NCBI GenBank assembly: GCA_030390025.1
Contig: CM059432.1
Span: 29,948,001 to 30,012,000, forward strand
Source: Squalus acanthias
Lineage: Eukaryota
Direction of reading: 5' to 3'
Length of the DNA stretch: 64,000 bases
Under the pieces are notes generated by a model that made no database searches, was not told the origin of the DNA, and saw only the letters and a program-made list of their open reading frames with translations. The translations under genes were made by a program, and so were the position numbers. How positions within the stretch are numbered: the first letter of the stretch is position 1; each line of letters starts with the position of its first letter. Shown piece after piece: positions 38,643 to 50,591 of the stretch.

Positions 38643-38727
38643 CTTGCAATGTGTCGATGAGCAACCGCTTTGGTCAGGCTGCTGGGTAGATAGAGGTCAC
38701 TGCTGTCAAAATCAGCTTCCAACCTGA
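38643..38727 (-). CDS. ZC3H3: ZC3H3 internal coding exon (VRLEADFDSSDLYLPSSLTKAVAHRHIAS)
   Basis: Acceptor ttccctttcttcaaacag|TC, donor GCAAG|gtcagt. 85 bp; phase 1 in and phase 2 out exactly bridge the flanking exons. Ends ...IAS before RAVQRSL, as in ZC3H3. Confidence 0.8.
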
Positions 38728-39921
38728 CTGTTTGAAGAAAGGGAAGAACACCACAAAAAACATCAGACTCCTTCAGTCTACCTTTTCTCTTACAATCCAC
38801 AGTTCTTAAATATAAAGTTTGGCGCCACTGAACCATCAGCTCTTCATCTATCTCATCTTCTGTTCTACAACTTCCAACCTTGATATGTTATGCAACGTGA
38901 GCCCAGTTCACTTAAGCTTCCCCAAATAAAAAATGCTGTACATCTGAAATCAGCTGTACAAAGTCAGATGATATGAATTCCGCACATACTGATAACTTAA
39001 CACCAGACCTAAGCACGAGACCGGAGTGTGCAAACCCTATTCTGCACATCTGTTTCTTCCCTGGACAGAGAAATGGCTGCAGAGGACATAAAGAATTCAG
39101 TTTAACCTTCTGGAGGGTGGCGACAGATTACAGGGTATGTACGTGTGCTAATGCAGAGCATATTTTAACTGACTGGGTATTGTTACCAGGGGGACCAGCA
39201 TGGCTGGGATTAGTCACCACTGTGAAAATTGCACTTAATTGACTAGAAAGAAAAATATAGAATGAGAAAAAGCTAATTGGCACATTGAGCCCACTCCTAA
39301 CTTATTTTCAACTGCAGAAACAGAAAAATGCTGGAAACATGCAACTGGTCAGTCAACATCAGACTTCTCCTCTCGTGCCATCGTGGTCACCTCCTGTGTG
39401 TCCCAGGGCTCCATCCTTGCTCCCCTCCTGTTGTTTCCAAGGAAGGAGTAGCATGTAGATGAACAACATCCACAAGCACAGCTTCCACAAGTATTCTGAT
39501 GATGCCCAACCACTCTGCCCTTGTTGATGTCTTAGTGTGTATTGCCAGCATTTTCTGTTTTAGTGCAGATTGCTAGCATTAGTGGTCTTTCTTATTTTAT
39601 CTTATATATTAGACTGTTTCTTATTTGTTTAGAGATGAAAAACCACAGATAAAACTACCAAGGAGAACAAAATGAAAATCTGCTCACCCATATTGCCTGA
39701 AGGTGACTGCGTGAAAATGATGGAACCCTAGCCAGTTTTGAATCAGAGCCTGGTTTAGAGGGTGGCAGCAACTAGGTAATGTTGATCACTGAAAACCAAC
39801 TATCAAAAAAGTCAGTTGTTTGATTGCTGCCTTTGCCATGTGCCTGTGCAATCCAGCCCTGTTTCACAACTCTGTCTTCTGTCCTACCCTCTGAACTGGC
39901 CACATCAGCGCTATTGTAAAA

Positions 39922-40184
39922 GAAAAGACTTGCATTGTATAGTGCCTTGCACAACCTCAGGATGTTTCAAAGCGCTTTATTGCCAATGAAGTACTTTTGA
40001 TATGTAATCACTGTTGTAATGCAGGAAATGCGGCAGCCAATTTGCACCCAGCAAGCTCCCACAAACAGCAATGTGATAATGACTAGATAATCTGTTTTAG
40101 TGATGTTGGTTGAGGGATAAATATTGGCCAGGACACCAGGGTAACTCCGCTGTTCTTCTTCGAAATAGCGTCGTGTGATCCTAT
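39922..40184 (-). mobile_element. Deu-domain SINE 3' part (continues briefly after the MITE, about 41014-41047)
   Basis: Collinear with 16431-16695. Confidence 0.8.
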
Positions 40185-41010
40185 GGGCAGAATTTTCATT
40201 GACCCGTGGAGGCGGGTTTCGAGGCTGGTGGGGGGTTAAAATAGCAGATTCGGGGGTCCCAAACCCATCCCGCCCCCAACCCGCCTCCATGTCAGTTTCC
40301 CAGGAGGCGGGTACCCGACCTGTGCTGGGACCCGTCTCCCCGAGGCAGGAAGGGGATTAGTGACAATTAACTGCCTGTTAACAGGTAGTTAACAGGCAGT
40401 TTTTTGCCTAATCCCTATTTTTAGCCCTGAAGTGTGGGCTTCCCGACAGGTCCGAACCATGCCGATTTAGCGAGGCGGACCGTCGGTCTGGAGGGGTCGA
40501 GATGTCCGGTGTGCAGGTGAGTGATGGGTGCATGAGTGCAGAGGTAAGTGTGTTTGGTGTGTGTAAAGTGTTTTAAGAACTTGTACTTACCTTAACTTTG
40601 TCCTGCAGGCTTCCTTCCTTCAGGTCTCGGGAGTCCCTCAGCTCACCGGCACAGAAAGCAGAATGGCCGCAGAGCTGTCAGAAATCAATCCAGCAGAGAC
40701 TGCAGCTTTTAACAGAGTCTAAGTACAGGGACTCACGTTCAAAATCATATTGTCAGTGTTTGACAGCTTCACAGAGCTGTCAAACGCTGAAATTTCATCT
40801 GTCAAAAGCTCTTGACAGATGAAATTTCAATGGCTGACGTCACCTGTATCCAAGGGACCCTTGATTGGCCTGCTAAGCCCGCTGGACAGGCTTAACAAGG
40901 TCAATCAAGGGAAAATACAGTGGGTTGGCCACAAGTCGATGGAGGCGGGACTACAACCCAAAAAGTGGGAGTCCCGCCTCCATCACGTCCCCATTGACAA
41001 AATCCAGCCC
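40185..41010. mobile_element. Harbinger-like MITE inserted in a Deu-SINE
   Basis: TIRs gggcagaatttt / aaaatccagccc, subterminal ggaggcggg / cccgcctcc, TSD TAT. Confidence 0.78.
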
Positions 41011-41050
41011 TATATGTCCAACTGAGAGTTTAATGCCAGCCTAGATTTTG

Positions 41051-41721
41051 AAAGAAAGAAAGACTTGCATTTACATAGCGCCTTTCATGACCACCGGACG
41101 TCTCAAAGCGCTTTACAGCTAATTAAGTACTTTTGGAGTGTAGTCACTGTTGTAATGTGGGAAACGCGGCAGCCAATTTGCGCACAGCAAGCTCCCACAA
41201 ACAACAATGTGATAATGAGGAGAAGCATCCAGGAAGGCGCTGAACACCGAGTCTCTTCGTCGGGAGCAAGCGCAAGGAGCGCACGTCAACCCAAGCACCC
41301 CACCCACCCGTCCCTTCAACCACCGTCTGCCCCACCTATGACAGAGACTGTAGGTCCCGCATTGGACTCATCAGTCACCTGAGAACTCATTTTTAATGTG
41401 GAAGCAAGTCATCCTCGGTTCCGAGGGACTGCCTAAGAAGAAGATAATGACCAGATAATCTGTTTTTGTTATGTTGGTTGAGGGATCAATATTGGCCAGG
41501 ACACCAGGGATAAATCCCCTGCTCTTCTTTCAAATAGTGCTATGGGATCTTTTACATCCACCTGAGAGAGCAGACGCGGCCTCGGTTTAACGTCTCATCT
41601 GAAAGACAGCATCTCCGACAGTACAGCACTCCCTCAGCACTGTACTGGAGTGTCAGCCTAGCTTCAAGTACTCAAGTGTCTGGTGTGGGGCTTGAACCCA
41701 CAACTTTCTGACAAAAGGAAA
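41051..41721 (-). mobile_element. Full-length Deu-domain SINE (SacSINE1-like) interrupted by an RTE fragment
   Basis: Collinear with 16431-16880; B box GGTTCAAGCCC. Confidence 0.85.
41219..41442 (+). mobile_element. RTE-clade LINE 3' end
   Basis: Encodes ...DRDCRSRIGLISHLRTHF* (RTE C-terminal Zn-finger-like). aagaagaa tail; 8-bp TSD gataatga at 41211-41218 and 41443-41450. Confidence 0.8.
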
Positions 41722-42924
41722 GCATGCTCCACTGAGCCACAGTTCATTTTTATTTTCCTGTTCTTACAATGTTTCCTATTCCAAAGCTGCTGATTCCTTG
41801 TTGGGTGTTGTTCCACAGACAGCAATGTCTCTGCGCTATCTCACCCATTATTCCTCACCTGCCCTTTATTCATAGGTAAGCTTTGACAGTGAGTATTGGC
41901 AGACTATTCAGCTGGGCAGGAAATCACAGATATGCCTGAGCCCATGTTCACCCAGTGTCCACATACATGCACTTCTAAAAAGGGGGAGGAGGCAATGACT
42001 GGTGATCATGAGAGGGAGTAAGGTATAGCCTTGCCCGACCTCTGTCAAAGGAGACAAAAAGGTGGGTGGGGGAAAAATCGGTCACAGTTCCTTCTCCTGG
42101 AAAGTGCATGCGTTTGAATGTTGAGGATGGGTATTTAGGCTTTTTAGGATTGGTGCCGAGGCATATTCTGGAGCAGAGTAGAGGGGGTGCTTTATTCTAC
42201 ATCTGGCAGTGTGATAAATGACTTGGGTATGCTCGAATCTGATACTAGGTGCCTCAAGTGGCAAGCATTCCATTCCTCTGCATTGACTATCTTTCACCTT
42301 GATGAGCACAAAAAAAATCCCTATTTAAATAAGACAAATATGCAGGACCTAAAGTTAAATTCAACTTGGGTGAACGGTCAATAATTAGGAACAAAAGTGC
42401 CCATCTCCCATGATTACTTCTCGTGTGTGCGCACGCATGAATGTCCATTCCTTTTTTTCCCCTCTCAAACAGGGTTCATTCCAACTGCACTGCTAACATA
42501 TCTTGTTTTTTTACACAAATCACAGGGCAGAAGCAGGACTCTGCGAGCAACAGAAAACGACTTCACATCACAGACTGAAGGAGTACAATTTAATTGCAGA
42601 AGACCCAGTGCTTGGTTGACTGGAGTCATCAATGACATAGGTGTTGTCAACCTGCCTCCCCAGCTGTTCGATTGCGAGTAAGTGCTTATGTCAACTAATT
42701 CGGGCATGTTTTACACGCTCAGGCATTAAAAAACTGTCACAAAAGGGAATGGAAGCACCATGCACAGAATAAACAAGATCAGGAAATTAAATAGGATACT
42801 TGGAGGTGGGGTCAGCACAATGAAGTTAACCAGTGTACCCGGAACACGTGTAAACATCCTGAATTCACTTAGAGGGATCCTCCTTTCTCTCAACATACAC
42901 GCTACCTGAACACCTCAAACACGA

Positions 42925-44978
42925 GAACATTAAGAACATAAGAATTAGTAGCAGGAGTAGGCCAATACGGCCCCTCGAGCCTGCTCCACCACTCAATAAG
43001 ATCATGGCTGATCTACAACCTCAACTCCACTTTCCCGCCCGATCTCCATATCTCTTGATGTCCCCAGAGTCCAAAAATGTATCTATCTCAGCCTTGAATA
43101 TACTCAACGATCAGCATCCACAGTCCTTTGGGGTAGAGAACTGAAAAGATTCACAACCCTGAGTGAAAAAATTCCTTCTCCTCTCATTCTTAAATGGCCG
43201 ACCCTTTACCCTGAGACTATGCCCCCTAGTTCTAGACTCTCCAGCCAGGGGAAACAACCTCTCAGCATCTGCCCTGTCAATCCCCCTCAGAATCTTATGT
43301 TTCAATGAGATCACCTCTCATTCTTCTAAACTCGAGATTATAGGCCCAAGCTACTCAATTTTTCCTCATAGGACAACCTTCTCATCCCAGGAATCAATCT
43401 AGTGAACCTTTGTTGCACTGCCTCTAAGGCAAGTATATCCTTCCTCAGATAAGGAGACCAAAACTGTGCACAGTACTCCAGGTGTGGTCTCATCAAAGCC
43501 CTGTACAATTGTAGCAAGACTTCCTTACTCCTGTACTCCAACCGCCTTGCAATAAAGGCCAATATGCCATGTGCCTTCCTAATTGCTTGCTGTACCTGCA
43601 TGCTAACTGTTTCCTGTATGAGGACACCTAAATCTCTCTAAACCCCAATATTTAATAGTTTCTCACCATTTAAAAAATATTGTTTTTCTATTCTTCCTAC
43701 CAAAGTGAATAACCTCTGAATAACCCCACATTATACTCCATCTGCCACCTTACTGCCCACTCACTTGACCTGTCTATATCCCTTTGCAGGCTCTTTCCCA
43801 TTTAGTTTTGTATTGTCAGCAAACTTGGATACATTACACTCGGTCCCTTCATCGAAGTCATTAATATAGATTGTAAATAGCTGAGGCCCAAGCACTGATC
43901 CTTGTAGCACCCCACTAGTTACAGCCTGCCAACTGGAAAATGATCAATCCATCCCTACTCTGTTTTCTGTCCGTTAACCAATCCTCTATCCATGCTAATA
44001 TATTACCCCCAAACCCATAAGCCCTTATCTTGCATAACAATCTTTTATGTGGCACCTTATCGAATGCCTTTTGGAAATCCAATATACTACATCCACTGGT
44101 TCCCCTTTATCTACCCTGTTAGTTACATCCTCAAAAAACTCTAATAAATTTGTTAAACACGATTTCCCTTTAAGAAAACCATGTCGACTCTGCCTAATCA
44201 TATTCTGATTTTCTAAATGCCCTGTTGTCACTTCCTTAATAACGGATTCCAGCATTTTCCTGACAACTGATATCAGGCTAGCTTGCCTGTAGTTCCCTAT
44301 TTTCTCTCTTCCTCCTTTCTTGAATAGTGGGGTTACATTTGCTACCTTAAAATCCGCTGGGACAGTTCTAGAATCTAGGTAATTTTGGAAGATCACGACC
44401 AATGCATCCGCTATCTCTGTAGCCACCTTTTTTAGAACCCTAGGATGCAGGTCATCACGTCCAGGGGTTTGTCAGCTTTTAGTCCCATTAGTTTCTCAAG
44501 TACTTTTTCTCTACTGATCTTAATTACTTTAAGTTCCTCACTCTCAAAAGCCCCTTAGTTCCCCACTATTTTTGGTATGCTTTTTATGTATTCCACTGTG
44601 AAGACAGATACAAAATATCTGTTTAAAGTCTCTGCCATTTCCTATTCTAATTTCTCCAGTCTCAGCCTCTAGAGGACCAACGCTTACTTTTGCTACTCTC
44701 TTCCGTTTTACATACTTGTAACAATCTCTTTTTATATTTCATGCTAGTTTACTCATTCTATTTTCTCCCTTTTAATCAATTTTTTGGTCATCCTTTGCTG
44801 GTTTCTAAAGCTCTCCCAATCCTCAGGCTTACTACTATTCTTCGCAACATTATAAGCCTCTTCTTTTAATCTAATGCTGTCCTTAACTTCTTTAGTTAGC
44901 CACGGGTGGATCACTTTTCCCGTGGAGTTTTTATTTCTCAATGGAACGTATATTCGTTGAGAATTTTGGAATATTTCT
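42925..44978 (-). mobile_element. CR1 copy, 5'-truncated, disrupted
   Basis: RT fragments in ORFs between 43111 and 44992; 3'UTR and tail. Confidence 0.9.
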
Positions 44979-45084
44979 GGACTAATGACCATTAATTCAC
45001 TGAGAGCAAGCTATCCCATTGTCTTTGTACACACAATATGCAAGCCCTTTGACAGGATTACTGCTAAATAATTTATTGAGCTAC

Positions 45085-46925
45085 AGAGAAATACATACAA
45101 GCTACAACATGAAAACAGGCCATTCAAACCAACCAATGTGTGTTGGCGGTTACCCTCTATGTAAGCAAACAGTCATAATCATGATTACCCACCCTGTTCT
45201 CATATCCCTTCATCCATCTTTCCAATCCGATCTTGAATGTCAACACAGTTTCTACCTAAACTCACAATTCAAAGTGAATTCCACAGCCTCACAACTGTGT
45301 GTGTAAAGGATTTCTCCTACCCTCTGTTCTAAATCTCTTACATTTAACCTTGTATCTCCCTTGTTCCAAAGACCCCATAACTATTAAAAACAGTCTGTTT
45401 CTATCTACCCTGTCCTACACTTTCATTATTTTAAACACTGCTACCATATCACCTCCTAATCTGTACTGTTCTAACAAAAATGCCCCAATTTTTCAAGTCT
45501 TTCTTCATATTTGTATTTCCTTATACTAGGCATCCTAGTGAATCTGCATTGTACCATTTCTAAAGTCTCAATATCCTTCCTATAGTGTGAAGCCTAGTAC
45601 TGTACAAGTACTGTGAGGTATTAAGGTTTTAAATAGGATCATTACCTCTTGACGTTTTATTGTATACCTCTTGTGATAAAACCTAGAATTCAATTAGCTT
45701 TTTTTTACTGCCTTATCAACCAGAGGTGATGCACCTAATGTCCTGTGAACCAGTGCCCCCAAATCATTCTGCTCTTCCACAGCACTGAGCCTACTTCCAT
45801 TCAAAATATGATTACGGCTGGGTTTTTCTACTAAAATGCATCACCTCACATCTACTGGCATCAAATTGCATCTTTCACTTTTTAAACCCAGTCCCCCATC
45901 TTATCAATATCCTTTTGTAAGTTTCTTTGATCTTCTAAAATAAATGATACCGCCTATTTTGATATCATCTGCAAATTTGAACATCACTCCCTCTTTGTAT
46001 CCAAACTATTGAACAGTACAGTGAACAGAAGTGGCCCCAGAACTGAACCCACTACCCACTCCCAACCAATCTGAAAAACTGCCTTATTCCTATTAACAGT
46101 TTTTCCCCTTCTAGCCAATTTTTAATCCAGTGCTATTCTCCTGCTAATTCCGTACCTCTTTAATTATCTGTAGCAATCTCCTGTGTGGAATCTCATCAAA
46201 AACTTATCAAAAGTCCATGTACTCTACAATTCTCCCATCTACCATCTCTGTCTCCTCAGAATTCTGAGGTTTGTCAAGCATGATTGTCACTTTTGAAATC
46301 CTTGCTAGCTACTTCTAACTATTTTCTCTATCTAGATATGTGGTAATTTCATCCTTAATTAAAAGCTCTGAATATTTTCCCTGCCACAAATGTTAAGCTA
46401 ACTGGCCTGTAATTAGCCAGACTAGCTGTCTCCCTTTTTAAAAATTGATACTACATTTGCCAGTCTCCAGTTCCCTGTCACTCAACAAGAGTATCAAAAT
46501 ATAATTTCCTCCCTCATGATCCTAGGATATATCCAGTAGGTCTCCTGTAGCCTAACTAACTTTCCTTTTGTTCTGAACCACTTCAGGATTCACCTGCTCT
46601 CCGATATCTTTCTCTTTAGTAAAGACTGATGCAAAGTACTTATTAAATATCCATTTTTGATCATCATCTACAAATTGACAATCCTCTCCTCTCAGAGGTC
46701 TTACCTCACTTTTAACAATTCTCTTTTGAATGATATATTGTAAAATACTGTTCCTTTTGATGGGTTTTTTGAAGTTTTTTCCTCTTAGCTTTCCTTATCC
46801 TGCTTTTAACGCCGCTTCTTATTTTCTCATTAGTCCTTTAGATTTTATCATAATTATACTTGCTGGTCCTCATAAGCCCCCTTCTTCAATGTTAATTTGT
46901 TTCTAACCTTTATTTATCCATGACA
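45085..46925 (-). mobile_element. Ancient, heavily degraded CR1
   Basis: Residual motifs tcatctgcaaa (FADD), ttgtcaagcatgat, gttaagctaactggcctgtaatt (NYRPVSLT). Confidence 0.7.
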
Positions 46926-46931
46926 TCTGAA

Positions 46932-47640
46932 AACAACTTGAATTTATATAGCGCTAATATAAAAAAACACCCTAAGGCACTTCACAGAGGCATAAAGAGA
47001 GAAAGAAAAATACTTACATTTATACAATGCCTTTTATTGACCTCACGATGCCCCAAAGTGCTTTATAGCTAAAGAAGTACTTTTGAAGATGACCAAATAA
47101 TCTGTTTTAGTGATGTTGATTGAGGGATAAATATTGGCCAAGATACTGGGGAGAACTCCCATGCTCTTCTTTGGTGCAATCAGACAAAAAAAATGGACGG
47201 CAAACCAAAAGAGGCGATATTAGCTTGGTCAAAGTGGTGCTTTTTAAGAACGGCCTTAAAAGGGCAGAAGTATTGGTGGAGGAGTTTAGGGAAAGAATTC
47301 CGTTGAGGCCTGAACAGCTGAAGGCACGGCTGCCAACACTGGGGCGCAAGGAGAGGGGAATACACAAGAGGCCAGAGTCATAGGAATGGAGAGTTCTGGA
47401 GGGGATTGTAGGTTTGGAGGAGGTTACAGAGATGGGAAGGGGAGAATTGTAAATTGGAGGTGTTGGGTGACCGGGATGCAACGTAGAGTGATGGGTGAGT
47501 GGGACTTGGTGTAGGGTAGGATATGAGCAGCAGAGTTTGGATGAGCTGAAGTTTACAGAGCATGGAGGATGGGAGGCCAACCAGGGCAGCATGCAATAGT
47601 CCAGTCTGGAGGTGACAAAGGCATGGATCAGAGGGGGCAA
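46932..47640 (-). mobile_element. L2-clade LINE 3' end with an inserted Deu-SINE fragment (about 46997-47172)
   Basis: LIHAFVTSRLDYC L2 motif; tail gcgctatataaat. Confidence 0.75.
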
Positions 47641-48659
47641 AATGAATATATGCAAATGACATTGTCAAGACTCCCAATGTGAAGAAATGACTTGGTGGTA
47701 ACATACTACTCATAAGATCATAAAGACAGCTGATTAAGCAAAACTTTTAAAGGTTTAAAAAACACTCCTACTTTGAGGTGGCATCTGACCTTTTGGGGAG
47801 TTGCGTCTGGACTTGTGAAACAACGGGACCAGATAGATGGAACTGAATGGCCACAAATAGAAGGAAATAACAAATGAAAACAAATGCTGTATAATAGGAA
47901 CGGCTATTCAATAAGGACCAAAAACTGCGCCCTAGCCAACGAAAGAGGGAAGAAGAGTGAAGGCAGACAACAGGCCTGCTATTATAACGAGATGATTCAA
48001 CATTGACTAACTTATGATCGTACGTGTGCAAATATATTCAATATTACAAATTGTGTTAGGAATCCCTAGCACAGAGGAAACGATCTTTAGGCTTAATGGA
48101 GTAGCAGGTCTCTCCAGGCTAATTACGGAATTTTCTTAACGTGTGAGAGTTAAGTAGAAAGAGAAAAGGAAGGAATGATGCTGTAACACTTCTGCTACTT
48201 ATGACCTCTAGAGCTGTGTGCCCTCTCTCTGCCAATAATTTTGAGTGGCCTCTTCCAATGGTGTTAGGATCTCCTCCTGTTCTCCTTTCTGTTATGTACC
48301 AACTTCTCTTGCAAGAAGAGTAGAAGTGGGTTAGTAGGTGCCCTGTTGAAAGGTTTTCAAGATGAGAGTATGCTTCGTAGTGTGCGTGATGATGGGAAGA
48401 AGCAGCAAGTGTGGCCAAGAGGGGGCAGTGTTGTGACGATTGGTAAACAAAATCATACATTTTAAATTATTTAAAAAAATCTAAACCTGATGTTCTTGTC
48501 CATAATTACATTAAGGGTGTGGGAGGGGTCAGAAGAGAATTGTTGGCCTATACATGACCAAGGAAAATTTCTGTCCAGACCTACATGGCTTCCTTGGAAG
48601 CACCCCACCTCTCCCATCCAACCTACGCAGTTCCACTGTAAATCCTATTAAGCATATGC

Positions 48660-48926
48660 AAGCTTGGCTCAGTTGGTACAACTTGTTTCTGTTTCAGAAG
48701 TTGGTGAGATCGAGCCCAGTATCAGGCCTTCACCTCAAAATCCAAGCTGATGCTCCAGTGCATAATAAAGAAGTACTGCACTGTCAGAGGTGCTTTTCTT
48801 TACATGAGACTTTAAAACTGGGGATGCATCTGCTTGATGTTAGAGAAGCCATGGTAGAGCAGGGAGTCATCAGATGTCCTGGCCAACAATCTTCCCTCAA
48901 CCAACATAATCACAAAAAAAAGACTG
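48660..48926 (+). mobile_element. Old Deu-domain SINE 5' half (3' half at about 54574-54717)
   Basis: ttggctcagttgg A box and Deu-like core; the tail resumes right after the Harbinger TIR. Confidence 0.7.
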
Positions 48927-49268
48927 AGGCCTAGAAATTCGACATGGCAAGATTTGCTCTCGCCCGTTTAGAAAGCGCTGCCTGCTGATTTGAATGATTT
49001 CAGCGCACAGCCCAGCGACGAACACGCTGCTTCAGGCTGTGCGCTCAGCAGGAGGCCTAATGTTGCGACGCTGCAGCGTCCCTGAAGCGAGGCTACATTC
49101 TCTTAAAGCAAGGCTGTCATTTTTGAAAGCAGCCTTAAGCCCTTAAAGCTCAACTGCCTTCTGAAAAAAAAACATAAAAGTCATTCCAAACTAGGCAGTC
49201 TTCATCTCTTAAAGCTGAATTGCCTTCTGCATGTAAAAAATGGTAAAAGTAATTCAGCGCTAATACAA

Positions 49269-49496
49269 TTGGTTCAACAGGCCAGGGAAAGGGCACCCAG
49301 GGTCTCGCACGCAGCACTCGAGATTTGTGCAGGGGGTCAAGACTGGAAGAGAGGTTCTCTACCCACAGGCGGTCAAGGAGACCCTTCAGAAAGAAGGATG
49401 TGGGACCACATCGCCGAGGCGGTCACTGCCAATAGTGTCGGCCCTAGGACTTGGCTCCAGTGTCCAAAGAAGTTTCACGACAGACGAGTGGTCAAG
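49269..49496 (+). pseudogene. Frameshifted Myb/SANT-like (NAIF1/MSANTD-type) DNA-binding gene of Harbinger, exon 1
   Basis: RERAPRVSHAALE...WDHIAEAVTANSVGPRTWLQCPKKFHD trihelix-like pattern, followed by donor AAG|gtcagt. Confidence 0.75.
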
Positions 49497-50135
49497 GTCA
49501 GTCAATGCATCTTCAAAAGCCGTCTATCATCAACTGCACCACTAGCCTCACACACTGCTCAATGCACGACACCCTATGCCCCATCACTCGCCTACCAACA
49601 ATCTTGACCAAACAGGAGGCACACCTCGCATTCCTAGCTTCACCTCACCCCCTTGGAGGAGACGGTGCTGGCCATTCTTGGCAGGGGCATGGCTGAGCCT
49701 TTGGCCAGCGGAGGGGCTGAATATAAGATACCGGTATCCTCATACGTTATCCTCCTTCTCACATCCCACATCCCCCAATATCTTCTGATGTACAAGCTGC
49801 ACATGGTGTAAGCATGCACCTCTTGCTTTTCTGCCCTCCCCTCACCCTTGTGCCTTCCTCATTTCAGACACCCAAGAAATGCAGCCTGCCCAGCCAGTCG
49901 GTGACCAAGAAGAGGGAGAGGAGAGTGAAGAAGAACAAGAAACACTGTCACTCAATTTCACACTCCCAACCACAAGCTCCTTGAGGTTGTCCTGCAAGGC
50001 CATCTGCAGTGTCCCCCACTGAAAGTCAGCAGCCTTCCAGCAGACATGCTGCAGCCACTGGGGTAGCACTGCGTGACATCACTAGATTGAGAGGTCGCAC
50101 AACACCAGGTTATAGTCCAACAGTTTTATTTGAAA

Positions 50136-50177
50136 TCACAAGCTTTCGGAGCTATCGATTGCTCCTTCCTCAGGTGA
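50136..50177 (-). ncRNA. Hammerhead ribozyme motif, inverted pLTR copy
   Basis: Exact reverse complement of 53603-53644. Confidence 0.85.
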
Positions 50178-50591
50178 AGTAAATTAGATACAGAATCGCC
50201 AAAGCATATATAGATAGAAAACAAAGCATGTGTACTTTACAACTGCAGACCAATAAATTAAATCATCCTGACTATCTGCCGAGGTGTGATAAAGTTAATT
50301 AAGTCAGCCAGGAAGGTACCACATCAAAGACATAGCAAGATACAACTGAGACAATGAGGTGTAGTTGCAGGGGTTCTAACGTGTCAAAAGCTGCCGTCTG
50401 TATGTAAAACGAAAAGCTTTAAAATTTTTTTACTTTTTTACTGGGAAAATTTTTACTTTTTTACTGGGAATCACATCTGTGAACAAGCTAACGACGACTC
50501 GTGATTTCAAATAAAACTGTTGGACTATAACCTGGTGTTGTGCGACCTCTCAATTTTGTCCACCCCAGTCCAACACCGGCATCTCCGCATC

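Noticed and set aside
50520..50591. N-terminal extension of the Penelope ORF from a TTG start
   Set aside because: Non-AUG call inside the pLTR repeat; the first ATG is at 50592.
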